Positions 24,431 to 33,825 of a DNA stretch of 64,000 bases are shown piece after piece. Under the pieces are notes generated by a model that had not been told where the DNA came from, made no database searches, and saw only the letters and a program-made list of their open reading frames with translations. Positions within the stretch are counted from its first letter, which is position 1. Each line of letters starts with the position of its first letter. A program made the translations under genes and the position numbers. The stretch is from NCBI GenBank assembly GCA_021613535.1, contig CP075492.1:13950001-14014000 (forward strand), given 5' to 3'. This DNA comes from Adineta vaga (Eukaryota > Animalia > Rotifera).

Positions 24431-26717
24431 TTAATCATATTTGACATGAAATCGTCTAGCTAATGTTAAGTAACTTGAAATCATAAGATATTTTCCTTCT
24501 AATAAAGCTAATTCACCCCATAGATATTTCTTTTTGATTTCTTCTTGATTTTTATGCAAACTATCTAATTGTTCACGTAATCGTTGAATATCAAATAATG
24601 CATCTAATTGATTCATATCATGTGAATGAAAATTATCATAAATGTATTGATAGATTTTCGATTTGGGATTTAATAATGTTGGTGGTGCAAGAAAAGGATG
24701 CTTTTCTCTTTTATAAACTTCATCTGTAATAAATGGTCGACCAGCTTCTTTCAAAACGTATTTTTCAATTAATGAACCATTTTTTAATTTTAATTTTATA
24801 TTAGTTGGTAAACGATTAACATAATCAACAACATAGTGATCAAGAAATGCTAAACGTCCTTCAACTGAATGTGCCATTTCGGATTTATCTCCGTAAACTT
24901 TGAGAAGAACATTAGGAAGAAAATTTTTCATAAACATATATTGACTTGAATGAACACGAGAAATTTCATAATTAATGATTTGTTTGGAAATAAAATAATC
25001 ATAAAGACATGATTGATGAAAATAGAAACTATTCAAACGAAATTTATCGTATTTTTTCTTTAGATTCTCCGAACAAAGACCGTCATAAGCTAAGAATAAT
25101 GATCGTTCTTGAGATGGAAAATAGCCTAATGTTTGAATACAATCAGGTTCACGTTGTTTATCATTAAGAACTGCACTAGCACCTAAAATATTTGATGTTA
25201 ATGATTTCATTACTTGTTCACGTTCTTGATTATTTAATGTTTCATACGTAGAAGAATCATTGGGAAGATCATATAAAAGATAATCTTGTCGAAAAGGTGA
25301 ATAACTAAATAAAAAGGAAAAACAACTTCTTTTTATCGCCTTTAATGAATGAAATTCCACATACCCAGAAAAGATTTCATCACTTCCTTCGCCCGTTAAT
25401 ACAACCTTTCCATTATTAGCTCGAACAGCTTTTGATAAAATATATTTTGCAACTCCACTTATTAATGTCAATGGATATTCTGAATGATAAACACATTCAT
25501 CTATATTTTCAGCTAATTGATCATGTGTTATTTCGAAGATATGTGGAGTTGTTTTATTTATACCAAGATGTTTATTTGTACCAAGACATAAACTTTGTTC
25601 ATCAAAATCAGGATGATCTTTAAATGCAATGGAATATGTATCAATTGATTGATCTGTAAATGTTGTTGCCATGCCTAATAATGTTGATGAATCTAAACCA
25701 CCGGATAAATAAACACCAACTTTTACATCGGCACGCATTCGAAGACGAATAGCATCAAGAAGTTGTTCTTGAACACCGTCAATCATTTCTTCTTCACTTC
25801 GTTGTTCATTGTTTTCTTCTTCACGTGTGATATAAGAAGTTTCATAATATTTTGATAAGTTGATAGTACCATTTGAAGTGGCAGTTAATATATGAGCAGG
25901 TGGAACTTGTTGAATATTTTTATAAACTGTTTGTAAACTACGTAAATGTCCTGAATTATAAATGACTTCTTCATTCCAAATTGCCGGAACACTAAATAAA
26001 ACATGGTTTTAACGAACAAAAAGATCAATCTATTTACCCAAAAGCAAATAATGCTTTAATTTCAGATGCAAATAAAAGTTTATCATCATAGATTGTATAA
26101 TATAATGGCTTGATACCAAAACGATCTCGTACAGCAATAAAAATCTTCAAATACAAACGAATGGGAATAAGAGAATAATATTCGGAAAAAAATCAATAAT
26201 ATACTTTTCGTTCTTCATCATAAAATGTGATTGCAAATTCTCCTCGAAGATATTTAGGAAAATCTAAACCATATTTTCTATATAAATACAATGCAATTTC
26301 GCTATCACTTTCACTAAGAAAATGATATTGATCTTGTTCAATAGCTTGTTTACGAATACGATCATGATCATATAATTCACCATTCATGGATAAATGTAAT
26401 TGTTTATCGTATGAATGTAATGGTTGTCGACCACGATCACTTAAATCTATAATCGATAGACGAGTATGACCAAGACCAACGGTTCTGTCTTCATTTTGCC
26501 ATAAAGATGGTGAACCATCAGGACCACGATGTCTCACAGTGTTCAAACCACGTAATAATGATTGATAATCTTCATCAGAACGAATATAAGATGGTGGTGA
26601 AGTGTAAAAATATGATACAACACCACAATATAATCGCGATGTTGAATGAAATTGTCTATATGTAAACGTGAACAACTTTTTGTTTCGATTTAATTGAATG
26701 AATATACGTGGAATCAT
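24431..26717 (-). CDS. asnB: Asparagine synthetase B-like glutamine amidotransferase with an N-terminal mitochondrial presequence; 3 introns
   Basis: Ntn GATase motifs [37 protein letters not shown]; synthetase motifs [28 protein letters not shown]. Introns at ~26145-26204, ~25993-26037 and 25305-25364. Confidence 0.92.
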
Positions 26718-27106
26718 CGAAAATATATGATCGTATTATGAAGAGAGATGCTTATTGAATTGATTTGAATAGAAAATGAAAAAGAAAGCATTCGTTCGTG
26801 AACATATTGTAAACATCAGTATTGTCAGCGTTCGAACAAAGAAACGAATAATACCAATACCCTCGAAAAGAAGTATGATATCTTCGATGTCGCTATATAT
26901 TCAAATGATATGAACAGTGAAGTATAGCGACCTAGATGAAATATACATTTAAAATATAGAGAAAAGAAAAGACTATTCAATCGTATCGACTATTTAAATT
27001 AGTAGATAAAAAATCATTTGTTGATTAATATTTGTCGAAAAAATATATATATATATATGAAAAACGATAAAACTGATAAGTTTTTTTTTTCATATATTAC
27101 AAGCAG

Positions 27107-27949
27107 CTAGTGGAGTATATATTTTCGATCAAAACTACTCTCATTCATAGTGTTTTTCTTTTCATCGATTTCCATCAATGTTGCTGTATGTAATAATGCT
27201 TTCTGTAATTCCTTCGATGTTGATTGAGCAGCACGAATACGTAATTGTGCAGCTGTTAATGAAATTAACAATGGATCTGTTGAATTTTTGTGTTGTATAT
27301 TTGTTTTGTTATCAAATAGTTTTTCGATTGCATCTTGAGCATGCATCACTCCATTTACTCATTGCTTGTAAGTCAGATTTCCATGATTCCAATTGGGGTT
27401 TAGCAGATGCAACTTGAATTTCAGCTGCACGAACCATAGAAACAGTCACATAAGGAAATATTTCTTTTGACAATATTGTTGAAAATAGTGAGCATGCACT
27501 GCTTTATCATTAAAACATTGTTGAATATATTCTTGCGTGTATATTAACATAGTTCGATAATGTTCATGTTGATTTGATTGACATGTTAATGTTGAAAGTG
27601 CAACAGCGATCTTATTTTTAACCATGATTAATTTGTCTTCCCATCCACTTGTGGTTGGTTGAAGAAAATATGGACTAATGATTGTATAAATACACAATAG
27701 CATATGAGAAAGATTTTTATATATTTCATATTCTGGTGGTGGAGCTTTCGTTCGACGAGTTGATCCATCTTTTAAATATAGAGTAAACATTGATCCAACA
27801 CCACGATAATTCATATCATTTTCACTAGCTATGATACATGGAAGAATGTTTCGACCAACTTGATGTATCATTTGAGTATATTGTTCACGCATGGTTAGTT
27901 GAATATCACGAGTAGCCAAAAGAGTTTGTTTTATATTTGATCCACGCCA
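27107..27949 (-). pseudogene. 5'-truncated and internally disrupted gene resembling an uncharacterised bacterial family
   Basis: FTLYLKDG...APPPEYEIYKNLSH...ISPYF...AAEIQV...WK...W. Frameshift at the 27465-27468 run, a second frame break after KWSD (probable internal deletion) into MHAQDAIEKLF, and no valid start. The family resemblance is from memory only. Confidence 0.55.
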
Positions 27950-28105
27950 TATTACGAAGAGGGTAGATATAACGAAGCTTTGGCATATTATATGCAAGCA
28001 TTAGAATTATCTGTGAATCAGCAAGCTTGTTGTAACTATCGAAAAAAGATTTTTATGATTAAAAAAAATTGTCAAAAAGCAGTAAGATTATTCTACATAC
28101 AATAG
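27950..28105 (+). pseudogene. Orphan C-terminal TPR fragment
   Basis: The + strand reads YYEEGRYNEALAYYMQALELSVNQQ...YIQ*, a canonical TPR helix pair; an in-frame TGA at 27938 lies just upstream. Confidence 0.7.
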
Positions 28106-28143
28106 AATTGATGTTTATTAAATTATTATTATATTGATTTCAG

Positions 28144-29958
28144 ATGAGAACTAGTTTGCGGATAGATTCTATACTAAAATCAAATCCGGAACAAACTTAT
28201 ATTGGTGTTTGGATTCACGATGATCATATAATTTCTAATCAACAAAAGCAAATTGAAGTTTATTTAAGTCAACTATTTTATTATTATCAAACGTTTGATA
28301 GTATGGAAAAATTGGCTTCCTATTTCGGTAGAGATCGACATGTTGCCAAGATTTTTTTCATCATATCTATTTCTAACTTATCATCAGTGGCATTAGCTAA
28401 GTTAAGTGAAGAATACTCCAACACGGAGAAGATCTATATCTTTTCACCTCTTATAATATCTGATTCGATGTATTTTATGACAAATGATATTGACAATTTA
28501 TTTGCAAAAATGAAAGAGGATATATTAGCTTTTGTTCAGAAAGCCAATCAGTTACGAATCATTGGAAGAGAAGAAGATCAAGAATTGAGACCTTTTTATA
28601 TATCGCGTATAAATCGAATTTCTACATATATGGACAAGTTTATGCCGGATGATCAGGCAACAGACGATTCGATCAAGGTTTTAAAATTCTTAATGATGAC
28701 TAATATTCTTCTTAATTTAGTTCATGATGATGATGATATACAGGATATGTGGCAAGTTTGTCGTCAGTTTTATCAGAATGATCCTTTGGAACAAAATAAG
28801 ATTGAAGATTTATCAGATCATTATGAACCAAGACATGCTATCTATTGTTATACGAAAAGTTCATCAGTTTTTCGTATTGTTAATGATGCTTGTCGAACTG
28901 AAAATATCCCACGATTGTATGAATTTCGTGTCTATATTAATCACTTACATCAACAAATTGACATACTTAGTAAAACTGAACAAGATGAAGGACATAAATC
29001 TTCGATTCGAAAAGTTTATCGTGGAAGAGTCTTGTCAGAAAGCGTTTTACAACAATTGATTGATAATGAAAAGAAATTAATTTCAATGAATGGTTTTCTT
29101 TCAACAACATTATCACCTCATATTTCCAATATTTACGCTGCGGTTGAAAACACGATTGATGCAGATAAGAGACGTGTGCAGTTTATTCTCACAATTGATA
29201 CAGTTAAACAACCATACGCTTCTATTTCATCACATAGTGCCATAAAAGATGAAGAAGAAGTTCTTTTTTCAATTGGAATTATCTGGCGTATTGATGCTAT
29301 TCGATTTGATGATAATTTATATCAAATAGAATTAACATCTTCTGATTACTTTGATACACAACTGGAAACATTGATGTCAAATTATATAAAAAATGAATGT
29401 AATCTTTCGTCGATCGGTGATATTTTACAAGATCTTGGGAATTATGAAGAAGCAGACTGGTTCTATATGAAAATGTTAAAACAAAATAATCTTTCTAAAC
29501 AAACGTGTGCACATCTATATTATAAGAAAGGAATAATAGAAAAGAAACTCGGACGTAATGGTGTAGCATTTGAATATTTTCAACAAGCAACTGGCTTACT
29601 TAAACCATTAATTCAAAATTCAAATCAATTCAATTCATCTCGAGAAATCTATAAACATGATACAGATTCACTTTTAATTGCAGTATATAATAATATGGCT
29701 CTATTAAATGAGAAAAACTATGCTTTTGATGAAGCATTTAACTGTTACAAACAAGCATTAGAAATATCAAATAGTTCAAAATCAGAATTAGCTATAGTGA
29801 ACAATAATTTGGGCCTTTTTTATTGTCGTTATGGTTCCTATCAACAAGCACGGAAACATTTTGTTATAGCTATTGAATTATCTGAAACTGATTTATTATA
29901 TTGGCCAGAGTTCAAAAGAAACCTTGATCATGTAGAAACTATTTTACGCACTCCATGA
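28144..29958 (+). CDS. NAD+:arginine-type mono-ADP-ribosyltransferase (R-S-E clade) with C-terminal TPR repeats
   Basis: YTK...FRIVNDACR helical region, VYRG (R), GFLSTT (STS motif), DEEEVLF (ExE); TPRs such as IGDILQDLGNYEEA, YNNMALL...AFNCYKQALE and NNNLGLFY...G.YQQA. Confidence 0.9.
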   Translation: MRTSLRIDSILKSNPEQTYIGVWIHDDHIISNQQKQIEVYLSQLFYYYQTFDSMEKLASYFGRDRHVAKIFFIISISNLSSVALAKLSEEYSNTEKIYIFSPLIISDSMYFMTNDIDNLFAKMKEDILAFVQKANQLRIIGREEDQELRPFYISRINRISTYMDKFMPDDQATDDSIKVLKFLMMTNILLNLVHDDDDIQDMWQVCRQFYQNDPLEQNKIEDLSDHYEPRHAIYCYTKSSSVFRIVNDACRTENIPRLYEFRVYINHLHQQIDILSKTEQDEGHKSSIRKVYRGRVLSESVLQQLIDNEKKLISMNGFLSTTLSPHISNIYAAVENTIDADKRRVQFILTIDTVKQPYASISSHSAIKDEEEVLFSIGIIWRIDAIRFDDNLYQIELTSSDYFDTQLETLMSNYIKNECNLSSIGDILQDLGNYEEADWFYMKMLKQNNLSKQTCAHLYYKKGIIEKKLGRNGVAFEYFQQATGLLKPLIQNSNQFNSSREIYKHDTDSLLIAVYNNMALLNEKNYAFDEAFNCYKQALEISNSSKSELAIVNNNLGLFYCRYGSYQQARKHFVIAIELSETDLLYWPEFKRNLDHVETILRTP

Positions 29959-31879
29959 AACAGATGTGACTATATACTTTTCAAACCCTAAATTACATGA
30001 ATATAAGTTTAAAATTGAGATTGCTCAATCATAATAAAAGTATTTTGCACTGTAACTCTATTGTTGATTAGTTTGAGGATCGAAAATCAAATATCCATGC
30101 CTTTAAAAATGGCTTATCTATGTTCTACGCATATTATTTTGAGACAAAGACATTTGGTACTAGGTACTTCAAACACCCGGTAATAAAACAAGATGTGCGG
30201 AATTGATTTTTTGCCTTTCATCACTTTACTGGGAGTTCATAATCAGTGTTGACAGGAGATCGGAATTGAAAAAAAAACAAGGAAATCGAAATGAAACTAC
30301 CAGGTGTTCGTAAATGTATTACACTATGCTAATAGATTATGCTATTCTTGGGCAGAATGGAAATATTATTGGTGAGACAAGTTATTCATGAAGGGAGAGA
30401 GAAAACAAATCAGTCTGGATAATCGTAACGAACTACAAGTATAGTCAGAGTGTGAGTTCATAACGTTAAATGATACAACCACCCTCAACAAAATCAGAAA
30501 TCTATTTAACGGATGAATAGAGTAGTAAAGTGCTTTGAATATGCTTCTTTGTCAAAACCAAACAATAAAAGTGAGTGATATTTCGACTATAATAAAGCAA
30601 ACGGGTCTTGCTCTCATTTTGTCAAAAGGTTTTTTTCTTGATAATTTATTTATGATTTAGTGTGGACTCTCAGTTATGATCAGTTGGAAAAATGAGTTAA
30701 ATTTTACACTTCGATGCATCACTTCTCAAATACTTGTTTCAAAATTCCTTTTTTCCAACTACTTTTCTTTCACTATCCGGTAGAACTGACAGATCTACAC
30801 AAAAATACTTATATCAGCAGTACACTTAGTAACAAGTTAGTTTAAATCTTGTAATTTAAATGTCAATTCGCTCACATGCTGTCTCTCTTAATCTCATATA
30901 TATATATAGATGCGAAAAATTTATCCACGATGAATTGATCGGTCACCGTTTTGAATTACATCGAAACTAAAAACCTACCATACCAAGTAGATTTCTGATT
31001 TCTTCTTCCCCCTTTTTAAATCAGGTATCGGAAATAGGTGAAAACTGTTTACGACTGAATTTTTGCCACGCTTTCATGACGATGTTCGTTCAATAACAAA
31101 GTTTATAGGCCATTTACGAAAAAAGAAACGACAGAATCGATTTCATTAAAACAACTATTACTTTTATTCGTACACATCGAACAGTAAGAAAAAATTTTAT
31201 CAAATATATTCATACGTGAAATTAGAGTTTTTAACAAACTTAATGCTTGACAAATAGAGTTGATTACTTTCAACATTCAGCCTTTAAGAGAAAGCTGAAT
31301 AAAGTACCTCAGATATTCAATATCGCTGTTAGTTTCATGTTCTCTGTATTATAAAGAATATTTGTCATCCATAGGCTTGTAATCGGAGCTTTAGTTATAT
31401 AGACAGAAAAAATAGGAAGCAAAAAGATATCTTTAATAAATGTCTTATCAACACGTGTTTGTCTCTTAGTTATAATCGATGGCAAATATTCAACGCATAT
31501 TATCAAGCTCTATAGGTATACACTTGTTTTAAATTTTTAGAAAGATTTATTTCTCATATACGCATTCATCGTTATCTTCATTTATATGTTTTATATTCAA
31601 ACGTTGATCAAAATTCACCTGTTCGATTTTATACTTCTCTTTTTCTTCTGTCATTCGAGAAAAGAATAAAAATCACGTCTGCATAAAATATTTCTCCAGA
31701 TGGAACTATATTTATCAATGAGATGTGAAGAGAAAAAAGAGAATAATAACGTGTTTAAAAGCGCGCTATAGAGAAAATCTTTTAATGAAAAAAACGTCAT
31801 TCTAACAATTTCTCCTATACAGGATAGTCTATATTCTTTTTTTTCTTCTTCTTCTTCTTCGTCTAGAATTTAATATTTA

Positions 31880-32842
31880 ATGGTAATGGATCGATCAAGA
31901 ACTATAACTGCAAATTGTCGTAGTTCCTTTCGAAATTTTATAATTATTGGTTGTAGTTTATTACTTGGTTTTTACATTGGATCTTTCAAAGAAACTGAAC
32001 CAATAACAAAATCTCTCTCATCACCTGCTAATATTATCGATACAACTCAACTAATAACAACGAACATGACATGTGTGAAAACAAAAGAACTCTTTAATTT
32101 ATATAAGTCAACTATTTGTATACATAATAGTGGAGATATTGTTAGTACGACTATTGCTCGTGAACATATTTGGGAAGAAGATTACATAGTTCGTTTATTA
32201 CGTATACTCATTCGAAATCCACATTTAGATATGATTGATATTGGAGGTAATATTGGGAGTTATACGATGTTTACTGCAGGCGCACTCGGTCGTTTTACGA
32301 TTACAATTGATTGTTTCAAGCCAAATATTGAACGAATTGCTCGTGCTGTTCAAATTGAAAATGTTCATAATCGTGCAGTTATTGTGCACAATGCATTATA
32401 TTCAAAATCTGGAGAATATATTAAATTATCGCAGGAAAATCCTTCAGGTTTACAACTTCGAGATGAAACTCAAATGGATTCAACGAATCAATATATTGTT
32501 AAAACGATTCGTTTCGATGATTTACTTCCTATATTAATTCAACGAAATGTTCGTAGCGCAATTATTAAAATTGATATTGAAGGTTCAGAAGTTTATTTAC
32601 TCGAATCAGGAATGAAAGTATTCGAACAAATTGATATTCAATTAGTTATGATGGAATGGGGTCACGGTCTACGAAAGACATATGAAAAGCGTTATGAAAA
32701 AATTGTTCATTATTTCAAAATATGGAATTATATTACAACTGATGTTCAATGTAATGTGTTGGATTCTGAAAATTGGCGAACGTCATGGCCAGGAAATATT
32801 TATTGGATAAAAAAAGTTAATTTTAAACAAAATATTTGCTAA
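31880..32842 (+). CDS. FkbM-family SAM-dependent methyltransferase with an N-terminal membrane anchor; intronless CDS
   Basis: TM segment FIIIGCSLLLGFYIG; motif I MIDIGGNIGSYT; TIRFDDLL; IKIDIEGSE; VMMEW. Confidence 0.88.
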   Translation: MVMDRSRTITANCRSSFRNFIIIGCSLLLGFYIGSFKETEPITKSLSSPANIIDTTQLITTNMTCVKTKELFNLYKSTICIHNSGDIVSTTIAREHIWEEDYIVRLLRILIRNPHLDMIDIGGNIGSYTMFTAGALGRFTITIDCFKPNIERIARAVQIENVHNRAVIVHNALYSKSGEYIKLSQENPSGLQLRDETQMDSTNQYIVKTIRFDDLLPILIQRNVRSAIIKIDIEGSEVYLLESGMKVFEQIDIQLVMMEWGHGLRKTYEKRYEKIVHYFKIWNYITTDVQCNVLDSENWRTSWPGNIYWIKKVNFKQNIC

Positions 32843-33338
32843 AAAAAGAACTATATTATTTTGTAAAATAAGCAATCATTCTTATGAAGGATTGTTATTT
32901 AGATAAAATCGATATATATGTGAATAAATATGATCAATTTTTAACTTCAAGAAAATTTCTTTTCTTTTTCTTTTTTTGGAAAATAAGCAAATTGTTGTAT
33001 AGATATAAATACTAGTATATTCATTGAGTTGTTGATAAAACGTAGTATTATATCTTTCGATCAATTGATGCTGAGATGCTATTCAACTGTGTATAATAAA
33101 GCTGTGCTAACCAACTAGAAAAAGGTGAATAACAAATAGATTCCTTTTTTTCTAAGTGTGTGAAAAGCAAAGAAATATGTTTAATCATTCAGTAGATTCT
33201 TAAGAAATATTTCCTTAAAGAAGATCAATCTTTTTACATATTTTTTCTACAAAATAATAATTATGGTATGAAATGATCAACAGATGAAACACATAGAATC
33301 ATTATTATGAAGATAGTCTTTAGTTTAAAATTTCCATC

Positions 33339-33377
33339 GCTCTCTCTCTCTTTATATATATATATATATATATATAT
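33339..33377. repeat. (CT)n followed by (TA)n microsatellite
   Basis: ctctctctctc...tatatatatatatatatatatata. Confidence 0.85.
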
Positions 33378-33825
33378 CACTAATTCAATTAAAACATTTC
33401 TTTTTTTTCATCACATATGTATCTACACAAACACTAAAATAAAAGTACGAATTTCGTCCTAATTCGATTATATACTTTCCAATAGAACATATGTAATCTA
33501 TCTTTGCATGTAAAATACCAAACATATTTTTAACAATATACAAGATTTGAATCGACTTAACAATGAGTATTATATGAAAAGTAAAAGAAAAATATTCACA
33601 TGTTTTGATCTATTTCACAGATAGAATACTTACTTGGCAAACGATATTTTTTCCTACATATGTTAAGAATATATACTGAAGAAACAAGAAGCGAATACGA
33701 TGAATCGAGATTTTCATTGATTATTGACGAAAACAGAGCCTTTTCATAGGTATTCACAATTTTTTTTATTATAGATTTTCTTGTTTGTTGGATAGAATCG
33801 AACGTTCGTTTTTATTCAAACGAAA

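Noticed and set aside
27950-27997. N-terminus of ORF 27446-27997 (MHIICQSFVISTLFVIW) as a signal peptide
   Set aside because: It starts at TTG and is the antisense of the + strand TPR fragment.
23088-32842. Bacterial contaminant contig or prokaryotic operon
   Set aside because: asnB has spliceosomal introns, strands alternate, base composition matches the flanks, and the neighbours are intron-rich animal genes.
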